Source: Chiloscyllium plagiosum
Lineage: Eukaryota
DNA: 64,000 bases
Direction of reading: 5' to 3'
Assembly (NCBI RefSeq): GCF_004010195.1
Contig: NC_057759.1
Location: 2,845,269-2,909,268 of the forward strand
This document shows positions 54,801 to 64,000 of this stretch, piece by piece; within the stretch, counting starts at the first letter, position 1; the number at the start of each line of letters is the position of its first letter. Position numbers and translations under genes: made by a program. The notes below the pieces were generated by a model. The model was not told the DNA's origin, did no database searches, and saw only the letters and a program-made list of their open reading frames with translations.

Positions 54801-57800
54801 ATCGTGATGTCATTCCTCCCAGTTCTGCTGTTGGCTGGCCTGATTGTGTTGGGGTGCTACATCCACCGGAGGACCACAGGTCTGTAACATCCCATGGGAA
54901 TGAGATTTGTTCCACATCCCCACACTATGATACTGCCATCCCTGCCACAATGTAACCTTACAGCTGGACGGGGGGAGCCGGGGGAAGGAGGTGGTGGGTC
55001 GGGAACTGGGGTAGGCCGTGTTCCAGACAGTCGGGAGGGAGAGTACTCACAAAGTTAGCCTGCTAGATCGGGTAACTGTGACCCACCAACCCCCGCCACA
55101 CTGTGTCAGAGCACCTGAGAGAGGAGGAGAGACGTAAGACCATGACAGTCGGGAACAGGAGGAGCACATTCAGCCCCTAAGGATCTTGCTCTGTTTTTTA
55201 ATGAAATACACCTGTATTAACTTCACTTTCCTGCCTCACCCTCTTTAAACTATGACTTGTTAAAACATTGTCTATCTCTTCCGTAAATTAATTCAGTGTT
55301 CACTGGCAGGCTGACCTAACCCTACACGTAAATTGACCCATAGCCCGAAGCTTAAACATCAACCTAGCTAAACCTAACCATAAACTCAAACACGTCTCTA
55401 ACACAAACTCTGACCTTAAACGTAAACGTGACTCAATCATAAAATTAACCCAAACTCTAACTTTGGCCCTCATGAAACAGCTAACGCTAATCCTAACTCT
55501 AACTCTAGCCCTCGCCCTAACCCTGAACCTAACCCTGACTCTAACACTATTCTTAGTCCAAACCATAAACCTAACCATAACTCTAACCTTAAACTTAACT
55601 CTTAACATAACTCTAACCGTGACCCTCAACCAAACACCCTACACTGACCTTAATGCATTAAGACAGGCTTGACAATTATCATCTTTGATGTGTACGTTCC
55701 CTGTTTCTGACTGAGATAACACTTTGGCAGCTCCTGTCTGTGACCCTCAACCAAACGCCCTACACTAACCTTAACCGTTGTCAGAATCCTAGCCCTCACC
55801 CTAGCCCTACCCATCACCCTAAACCTATGCAGCTGTTTAATGTTAAGCTGTTTAATGCATTAAGACAGATTTGACAATTATCATCTTTGATGTGTACGTT
55901 CCCTGTTTCTGACTGAGATAACACTTTGGCAGCTCCTGTCTGTGACAGTGCAGAGCTACTGTAAATGATGCTGAGAATATTCTCTCTTTCCCTGCAGGCA
56001 ATTCGTCAACTGTGTCACAGCCCAGGAAGTAAGTGACTGAAACTACAGTTTTTATATTTGCCATTGTTTATCCCGATTCCTCTCAATCAGGGAAAGACAA
56101 CATAAATGAAGAAGCCATAGAGGAGCTTCGATATGACTGCATCTTTTTGACATGCATCTTATCGACAATCAAGGAAACCATACTCCAGGAAGGTCCCAGA
56201 CAGTTTACACGGGGATAATGCTATCACTGGCTAGGACTGCATTTGTTGTCCATCCATAAATACCCCAGAGGGCAGTTACATTTAACCAGGGTATGCAGTC
56301 GCATGTAGGCCCAGTCCAGATATGGACGGGGGATTACCTTCCCCAAAGGACATTAGTGAAAACAAGATGGAGAACTGGGCAGCGTCTTGAGGGTGAGAAA
56401 ACTCCATGTTCGGATGGAAGCCAGAGACATGGGGCCAGGCAATACCAGCTCTCGCTGGGTTTTGTATTTTGTTTGATAGCTTTGCCGTTTTGTTGAAGTT
56501 GAACATGGTTTTGAAAGCATTGTATTCGAAATGATGACTTCCTTTTGTTTCCCCTTACTACTAGAACTGGATCGCAGCCTTCTGGTGAAGGGCCAGCAGC
56601 CAGCAATCTGGAGTATGCGGTAGTTGGAGCAGCACACACTGCTGGTGAGTGCCATTAACTCGGTGTGATTAAAGAGCCCCACACTGTGACAGTGCACTGT
56701 AACCTGTTAGAAATTCTGGATAAACATCCGAGCCATCAGATGGCCGATTTCCATGGGGCTGCGGTGGCTGAAGGGGTGCAGAAAGTAATGAACAGGAGGA
56801 GGCTATTCAGCCCTTCTAGCTTGCCCGCCTTTCATTATAATCATGGCTGACCATTCAACTCAACCTCCGGTTCCCACAGAAACTAGGAATAGGCCATTTA
56901 GTCTTTCTAGCCTGCCCTGCCAGTTTGAAGGGAACGCGGCTGAACATCCAACTCAGTCCCTGGTTCCCCGCTTTCTCTGCCATACCCTTCAATCCCTTTA
57001 ACCCCCAACGTTGCCAAATGCTTCTTGTTTGGGATGTGCAAAATGATGACGAGCTTAGAAAGGGTAAACAGGAAGAAATATTTCCTTCTCGATGGAAGGA
57101 CCAATGGGGGCCAAGAAAAAGAAATGAACAAAAGGAAAGTACAGGAAAGGAACAGGCCCTTTGATCCTCCAAGCCTGTGCTGATCATCATGTCCTAACCA
57201 AACTCAAAACATAAACACAGTTCATGGCTTTAGTTGGTCTTTATCCCACTATGCCCTCTCTGTTCATGTGACCTCCCAGATACCTGTTAAACGTGCCTGC
57301 TTCCACCATCACTTCTGATAATGCTTTTCAGGTTCCAACCACACACTGCATGAAAAGCTTCCCTCGCACATCTCCCTTAACTTACACACCCCCACACCCC
57401 CCGACCTTGAATCTGTGCCCCATTGTAAATTAAAACATCAACCCTGGGAAAAAGCCTCTGACAATCTACCCTATGTGCCTCTCATAATTTTGGAGGCTTC
57501 CATCAGGTCTCCCCTCAGCTGCTGTCTTTCCAATGAACACAATCATAGTGTTTTAACCTTTTCTCCTGGCCAATGTCTTTGAGAGCTGGCAACATCCTAG
57601 TGAACCTTCTCTACACTCTCTCTAAAGCTTTCATGTCCTCTGGTAGTGTGGCGAACAAAGCAGTACACAATGCTCCAGTTGTGACCTAACAAGGGTTTTA
57701 TGTAGCTGCAAGATAACTTGCCAACTCTTGTACTCCTTGCCCTGTCTAATGAATTCACGCATGCCATATGCCTTCTTCATCACCTTGGCCACCATAGATT

Positions 57801-58574
57801 GAAGTAAGGAGCAAGAGATTCAGAGGGGGATGCGAGGAAATACCAGAGGATGGTGGGAAGTCTGGAAACTACTGCCTCTAAGGGTGGGAGAGGCAGCAAT
57901 CCTCATTGAAGAAGAATTTAAATGTGCACTCGCGATGCTAAACCTACAGGTCAAGTGCAGAGGAATGGGATCAGAAAATAGTGAGGTGCTTGTTTTTGAC
58001 TGGCACACACTCAATTAGCTTTTTTTCTGTGTTGTAGACCTTTATCTTTAACCAATCTCTTTTCCAAACGGCTACTGTTGTTAACATTCTGTAATTGGAT
58101 CTCAATTAGGGTGTTTTTCTCAACTTAATAACGCTTATTTTATCTCAAGTAACACTGGAAACGAAGGGCGGAGTTCTCCGGTGTTGAGAAATTCAACAGA
58201 GGTTGTTTACAACGAGCGATTATGTGCAAAAAACGGGTTCCTCAGACACACGAGCGCCCGAGCAATTGATAATGAAGAGGGGCACGTTTCCCTTACAGTA
58301 GTCTTTAGAGAGGTCTTGGCTAACTTAATGATTCCTAATGAAATGTCTCTATATGCATGTTTATCTGTCTACCTATCAAGATAAGATCACGAGACCATAA
58401 GACACAGGAGCAAAATTAGGCAATTCAGCCTATTGAGTCACCTCTTTCCCTCAATTGGAGCAAATGTGTGCCTCAACCTCACTCTCCTCCTTTCTCCCCT
58501 TTAACCTTCATCCCCCTTTCTAATCAAGCTCCTATCTATCTCAGTCGAAATATATTTGTCTATCAATCTCTCTC

Positions 58575-58638
<64 letters not shown>

Positions 58639-61600
58639 TCATTTAATCTATCCATTCATTTAATCTATCCATCCATTTAATCTATGAATCATTTAACCCT
58701 TTATAGTGAGGCTGTCCGTTTGATGTGTGTTTCTTGTGGCACTTCATTTCTTTGTAGAAAACACCACTGCGGATCTGGTTTATTCAGAGGTCACCATCAA
58801 GAAGAGAAAAGAGCCCGGTAAAGATCTCTTAGCTTCAGTACTACGATCGTGTGAGATGGGATGGGAGGGGTGGGTGTCGGTGGTGGGGGAGGGTGGAATC
58901 ATTGAAGCTCCAACAATAGCACGATCCCAGTTACTGGGGACGTGTGTGTGTGTGTGAGAGAGAGAGAAAGGGAATGAGTGAAAGAGAGAGAGACCAGTTC
59001 CAAACAGGGAAATGTAGTAGCGTGGTGCTTGCAGTGACGGGAGTGTGAGGGATCGGAGCATGAGCCAAAAAAAATCTCCAGCACTTACGAAGTTTGGTCA
59101 GTAAACCAGCCAATCAGAAGCACGTTCTAATCTGATCTGCGCTGTCCCTTTCTTCTCCGACAAATGGTGCAGAGACAAAGAATTTGGAGATGATTTGTAT
59201 GTTGTCAGTGATCCAGAACAAACTGACAGAGCAATTAGAGAGGGATTCTGTGGGTGAGAATGGCAGTGCGACACGTACATTATTCTTCTCTCGGGCAGAT
59301 ACAGACCAGAAAACTAAGAATTGCAGATGCTGCAGATCTGAAACAAATTCGGACATTTCTGGAGAAACTCAGCAGGTCGGGCAGCATCTGCGGAGAGAGA
59401 GAAAGCAAGTCCTGTTTTTGTTACATAATACTCAAGGCCAATTTGCCAAATAATGCCACTCAATGTTTTGAGATCACCTTTTGCCCCCACCTTTTCCTCC
59501 GCTACATCGATGACTGTATCGGCGCTGCTTCGAGCTCCCACGAGGAGGTTGAACAGTTCATCCACTTTACCAACACCTTCCACCCCGACCTCAAATTCAC
59601 CTGGACCGTCTCAGACTCCTCCCTCCCCTTCCTAGACCTATCCATTTCTATCTCGGGTGACCGAATCGACACGGACATTTACTATAAACCGACCGACTCC
59701 CACAGCTACCTAGACTACACCTCCTCTAACCCTGCCCCCTGTAAAAACGCCATCCCATATTCCCAATTCCTTCGTCTCCGCCGCATCTGCTCCCAGGAGG
59801 ACCAGTTCCAAAACCGTACAACCCAGATGACCTCCTTCTTCAAGGACCGTTTCCCCCCAGACATGGTCGACGATGTCTTCCACCGCATCTCTTCCACTTC
59901 CCGCTCCTCCGCCCTTGAGCCCCGCCCCTCCAAACCCCACCAGGACAGAACCCCACTGGTCCACACCTACCACCCCACCAATCTCCATGTACAGCGCATC
60001 ACCCGCCGTCACTTCCGCCACCTCCAAACAGAAATCTCCATGTACAGCGCATCATCCGCCGTCACTTCCGCCACCCCCAAACAGACCCCAGCACCAAGGA
60101 TATATTTCCCTCCCCTCCCCTACCAGCTTTCCGTAGAGACCACTCCCTCCGCGACTCCCCTGTCAGCTCCACACCCCCCACCGACCCAACCACCACTCCC
60201 GGCACCTTCCCTTGCAACCGCAGGAGGTGCAACACTTGCGCCCACACCTCCCCCCTCACTTCTCTCCAAGGCCCCAAGGGAAACTTCCATATCCGCCACA
60301 GATTCACCTGCACCTCCACCCACATCATCTACTGCATCCGCTGCAGCCGGTGTGGCCTCCTCTATATTGGGGAGACAGGCCGCCTACTTGCAGAGCGATT
60401 CAGAGAGCACCTCTGGGCCAACCGGACGAACCAACCCAACCACCCTGTAGCACAGCATTTCAACTCCCCCTCCCACTCCACCGAGGAACACATTCCTGAA
60501 GAAGGGCTTATGCCCGAAACGTCGATTCTCCTGTTCCTTGGATGCTGCCTGACCTGCTGCGCTTTTCCAGCAACACATTTTCAGCAATGTTTTAAGATAG
60601 CCGAGAAAATAAAAGCATCATCAATCTTATTGTTGTTCAGAAAGTTGAGCTTACAATTATCATGCTGATGCTTCTCAACACCTATAAGGTGTTGAAACAA
60701 AATTGGCCTTATGCACAATGAAATCTGTCTCTCAGAACACTGTCAGGGCATGAGCAGTAAAAGTCATGTTCTTCCAGGCCATTATCCTGTCCTCTCATTC
60801 GACAGCAAGAGAGAGAGAGAGAGAGAGAAGTGGGAGGATCATCAAAAGTAATTTGCCGGTCATTGTGCGTCCTGAGAGAGGAGCGGTTCAGAAGGAGAGT
60901 CCCTCAGGGTAACTTCAGCTGGTGTGGGAATTGTACCCATGTTGGTGGCAAAGGTTGGCATATAATGCTTTGCAAAAACTAGCCATGCAGCCAGCTGAAT
61001 CACACTGAACTAGCAGCATACAGCAGTTAAAACCCAAATGTATGGAACCTGAATAGTTCACTCCTGTCTTTTATGAACAAGTACAGAGCAAGTGATGCAA
61101 AGGCTGACGAGATTAAGACGGCCTGTCGAAGATGTTGCACTGACAAGCATCGTTAAAACTGATACACCGTCTTAATGGTCAGAAAACCAATTGCTGGATT
61201 TCAACAGAGCCGATTTTTCCAAATGCGAAATTCTGAAATGTCTGGATTGATTGAGAGGGGCACAATTCAGAAAGTGTTGTACTGATTTTTTTTTAAATGA
61301 CAAAAGCACCGCTACACTCTCACAAGATGCAGCTCCGTCTTTAGTGTTGATCAGCCCTCAATGGGTCCAGATCGAATCACTAATGCATGCAAAGAGTTCC
61401 TTCTCATTGTTTTATGTTTTATTTTCAGGCAAAAGAATTGCTTTCTCCTCCGATTTGGAAAAGGTTTGTAACATTTTATGTCTAAATAGACCACGGCTAT
61501 TGCCACAGAGCGTGCAGATAGATTTATACCTTGCATCCACAGTGTAAAACATGAACTGTGGATTATTATCTGACTAATTGAAGAATACGCCATAAAATGT

Positions 61601-63590
61601 AGGGGCAGGAGTAGGTCATTCAGCCCTTCCAACCTAATCTCCCCGTTCAATAGCATTATCCAACTCAGTCTCCTGATCTCCATTTTCTCCCTTTAGCCCT
61701 TCAGAACTCTATCCAATTCCTTCCTGAACAACATTCCGTGTTCTGGCCCTGACTGCTTTCTGTGGCAGAGGATTCCACAGGCTCCCACTCTCTCTTCGTG
61801 AAAGCATTATGCCCCATCTCAGTCCTACTCCATCTCCTTCAGACTGTGACGTCCTGGTTCTGTACACCCTCCTGTTCATCAGGAACCTCCTTCCTGTGTT
61901 TACCCTGTTTAGTCCTCTTACAATTCTAATAGATTCCCCGTCATTCTTTGAAACTGCTGTGAATATTATCATAATTAATACAGTCTCTCCCCATCCGTCT
62001 GTTCTACCATCCTAGGAATCACATGGGGAAATCTTCCCTGCAGTCCCTCCATAGTCAGAACATTCTTCCTCAGATAAGGAGACCCCAAACTGCGCACACA
62101 GTACTCCAGAATGTGGTCTCACCCTGTGCAAGTGCAGCAAGACAGCGCTGCTCCTGGTCTCGAATCCTCTCACTATGAAGGCCAACATTCCATTTACCTC
62201 ATTTACCGCCTGTTGCTTCTGCAATGTTCACTTGCAGTGACTGGTGTATGAGGGGCACCTCACCTCACCCTTTCCCAAGCCATCACTATTCGGATTATAT
62301 TTCACCACCCTGTTTTTGCTCTCAGTTGGGGAATCTCACGCTGATCCACAATAACCTGAATCTGTCGTGCATTGGTCCACTCATTCAACTTGTCCAAATC
62401 ACACTGATGCATCTCTGCATTCTCCTTCTCAGCTCCCCATCCCTCCCAGCTTTGTGTCTGCCTTTAAACACAATGGAAAATAACCGGCAACACTTTCTCA
62501 ATGGAATAGATTACTCACTGTTTCGCATTCTACTTCCAATGCCCAGAGACAAGTGAGTTTCAAAATTGGGGCAATATTAGTGTTGATGTTCCAGTTCCTT
62601 TTCGTACTTTATTACAACATCAGTGACATTGACGTTAAATACTTGCCAGTCCGTTGTCATTTGCACCCAATTGGTAGCAGCAGTGTGTACCATCCACAAG
62701 ATGCACTGTAGAAAGTCAGCAAACATCCTCAGACATCACCTTCCAAATTTACAGACAATTCCACCTAGAAGGACAAGGACAGCAGATGGGAAGACCAACC
62801 CTTGTGAGCTCCTCTCTGAGCCACTCAACATCCTTTGGAAATACATCAGCCGTTCTTTCAGTGTCACTGCGTGAAAATGCTGGAATTCCCTCCCTAAGTG
62901 AATTGTGAGTTAACCTTCAGAAGTTGGGCGTACAGTGGCTCAGGAGAGCAACTGGAGACAGGGCAACAAACACTGGGCCCAACCACGATGCTGCCGTCCC
63001 ATAAGTAAATGGAAACAAAATCAAAACTGCCTCCGTCTATTCTGTTCCAAAGAAAGCAAGCCGTGCTTATCCAGCCTCACTTCATCACTGAAATGCTCCA
63101 TCCCAGACAACATCCTGGTGAATCTCCTCTGCACCCCCCCAGTGTATCACTTCTGAGAGTGCAGAGGTTGGAATAGCACACAATGGGCTCACCAAAGTCC
63201 TGTCACACTCCAACATCACCTTCCTGCTTATATATCCATATGGCACACCACAGGAGCAGGCGGGACTTGAACCCTGCCCTTCTGGCTCAGAGGTAGGGAC
63301 AGTATCACTTTGCCGCCAGATTTCTAGCTTGCAGGCCTTGAACTGCTTGATGGTGATTCCCATTTTCCTCTGAGACTCACTGCTACTTGTACTCCAACTG
63401 ATCTCTCCTTCCCCTTCAGCTTCTTGCTCCCACTCGATTCCAATTTCATTCCAATATCATTCCATGGCAGGATTCGAAGACTGACCCCGATGATTATGGT
63501 ATCACATACGCCACACTGAACCTCAGTGAGCCCTCGCAGGATGAAGACGGAGGGGACAGAAATGTTTACATGAATATTCCGCGGAAGTAA
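39808..63590 (+). CDS. Fc receptor-like inhibitory Ig-superfamily receptor gene (12 intact coding exons, 527 aa, plus one broken Ig exon)
   Basis: All junctions are GT-AG and phase-compatible. Exon lengths 31+30+258+282+273+285+99+31+80+60+35+120 = 1584 nt. Architecture: leader, Ig x4, TM, ITIM tail. Confidence 0.9.
41420..41449 (+). CDS. FCRL-like exon 2 (leader mini-exon S2, LNLALCWLTQ)
   Basis: cccttctttattccag| 30 nt |gtaagg, phase 1-1. Confidence 0.8.
44200..44520 (-). mobile_element. HE1-type V-SINE (intronic)
   Basis: Reverse complement of the 34928 copy. Confidence 0.85.
45727..45984 (+). CDS. FCRL-like Ig domain exon 1
   Basis: DRNVELHVDP..LEGERLKLNC..FYKNGK..DSGWYSC..SRNVSVQVR; tttag| and |gtacgt. 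Confidence 0.92.
48749..49030 (+). CDS. FCRL-like Ig domain exon 2
   Basis: ERFAKPLLRV..EGLPVTLTC..YSFYRD..SGNYACEA..KRS..ISIK; ccag| and |gtaact. Confidence 0.95.
49784..50056 (+). CDS. FCRL-like Ig domain exon 3
   Basis: QAFAVPIL..DGQRVKLVC..LRFSFYRNG..DSGTYHCEV..KRSNQLYLSIR; ttttcag| and |gtaagt. Confidence 0.95.
50575..52110 (+). mobile_element. Two adjacent CR1 3' fragments (intronic)
   Basis: Repeated RLGLFS.E.WRL.GDLI.VY.IMR blocks at ~51070 and ~51710. Confidence 0.85.
52598..52882 (+). CDS. FCRL-like Ig domain exon 4
   Basis: RIPVSKPELTI..EGDTGSLICSVSNGSLPIYYQFY..DEGLYHCSVRN..SEDIEITVI; ccag| and |gtgagt. Confidence 0.95.
53488..53790. mobile_element. Penelope fragment (inverted terminal repeat plus ORF piece) abutting the broken Ig exon
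   Basis: Minus-strand hammerhead core at 53561-53600 (gca CTGATGA..GAAACGTT tgc); plus-strand HNLNTKEREALKSLRNDK. Confidence 0.85.
53791..53920 (+). pseudogene. 3' half of FCRL-like Ig domain exon 5 (5' half and acceptor missing)
   Basis: DGGELVIHSFQRDDVGRYHCAAINN..SDYIEFTLR with intact phase-1 donor G|gtaaca; no first Cys upstream. Confidence 0.85.
54781..54879 (+). CDS. FCRL-like transmembrane exon
   Basis: ARSYSKEIVMSFLPVLLLAGLIVLGCYIHRRTT; ttccag| and |gtctgt; no charged residue in the TM. Confidence 0.9.
55310..55830 (+). repeat. Degenerate (CCCTAA)n-like hexamer tract
   Basis: ccctaa/ctctaa/acctaa variants in tandem. Confidence 0.8.
55998..56028 (+). CDS. FCRL-like cytoplasmic exon 1 (GNSSTVSQPR)
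   Basis: tctctttccctgcag| 31 nt |gtaagt, phase 1-2. Confidence 0.85.
56565..56644 (+). CDS. FCRL-like cytoplasmic exon 2, ITIM LEYAVV
   Basis: KTGSQPSGEGPAASNLEYAVVGAAHTA; ctag| and |gtgagt, phase 2-1. Confidence 0.87.
58575..58637 (+). repeat. (ATCT)n microsatellite
   Basis: About 15 tandem copies. Confidence 0.95.
58758..58817 (+). CDS. FCRL-like cytoplasmic exon 3, ITIM LVYSEV
   Basis: ENTTADLVYSEVTIKKRKEP; tttgtag| and |gtaaag, phase 1-1. Confidence 0.9.
59475..60584 (+). mobile_element. 5'-truncated, relatively young Penelope element (RT end + GIY-YIG), intronic
   Basis: FLRYIDDCIG..DIYYKPTDSHSYLDY..IPYSQFLRLRRIC. TSD caatgtttt(g/a)agat at 59461-59474 and 60585-60598. Internal ~53-bp duplication near 59980-60085. 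Confidence 0.93.
60491..60527 (+). ncRNA. Minimal hammerhead ribozyme core, sense to the host gene
   Basis: CTGAAGA (60496-60502), GGGC-TTAT-GCCC stem II, GAAACGTC. Confidence 0.65.
61429..61463 (+). CDS. FCRL-like cytoplasmic exon 4 (GKRIAFSSDLEK)
   Basis: ttttattttcag| 35 nt |gtttgt, phase 1-0; needed to put the last exon in frame. Confidence 0.8.
63471..63590 (+). CDS. FCRL-like last coding exon, ITIM ITYATL and terminal YMNI
   Basis: DSKTDPDDYGITYATLNLSEPSQDEDGGDRNVYMNIPRK*, phase 0, TAA at 63588-63590. Confidence 0.88.
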   Translation, partial: DSKTDPDDYGITYATLNLSEPSQDEDGGDRNVYMNIPRK

Positions 63591-64000
63591 GAAGCAAGAA
63601 GACAGGTTTGTTGGGGGGTTTTCGGTCGATCAGATACACCGTCTGGTGAAGTGATACAATGTACCTCCTGTGTACAGATAACTAACTTCTTAACTTTATG
63701 TTGGAAACCGTGTATCACAAGGCATTTTGACTCAACTCGTTTTCTTCCGGGGAAGCTACTTTCACGTCAGTGTGACCACCAATCTGTTCTGGACCTCGCT
63801 GGGATTTGAATTTACCAAATTATTTTGGCTGTTGGTTTTCTTTGGATATTTAATACCTACCTCTCCTTCGCTCTCATGTACATATCTGGGAATTAAGCTT
63901 TTCATTTGGTCCACGTTTAAAGGGAGAAATGGACAATCACATGTATGTCCCATTCTGAATAATTTAGAACAGAAATCATCAGACGGTTCTGACAGGTGAG

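Noticed and set aside
55300..55672. RV- and LT-repeat ORFs
   Set aside because: Translations of the hexamer repeat.
59254..60450. 398-aa ORF as a host gene
   Set aside because: It is a Penelope RT fragment read in from flanking sequence and frameshifted by an internal duplication.
61087..61175. Alternative cytoplasmic exon (EQVMQRLTR..)
   Set aside because: Weak acceptor and an early stop; exon 61429-61463 fits the phases better.

Overview
Eukaryotic, repeat-rich DNA, very probably from an elasmobranch (shark): it carries HE1-type V-SINEs, CR1/HER1-type LINEs and many Penelope-like elements, with three N-gaps. The main feature is a spliced + strand gene for an inhibitory Fc-receptor-like Ig-superfamily receptor (ATG 39808 to TAA 63590). 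I reconstructed it exon by exon with consistent splice phases: a split leader (31 + 30 nt), four intact Ig exons, a fifth Ig exon whose 5' half is replaced by Penelope sequence, an uncharged TM exon, and five cytoplasmic exons carrying three ITIMs plus a terminal YMNI motif. Skipping the broken exon gives 1584 nt / 527 aa. At the window start is a decayed gene with an LRC-type (LILR/OSCAR-like) Ig exon and an activating-type TM exon split by a Penelope hairpin insertion. Together these suggest a paired activating/inhibitory immune receptor cluster. An orphan first exon of a GPR139/142-like GPCR lies between them. Several Penelope termini carry minimal hammerhead ribozyme cores. Family assignments come from motif recognition only; no searches were run, and TE boundaries are approximate.
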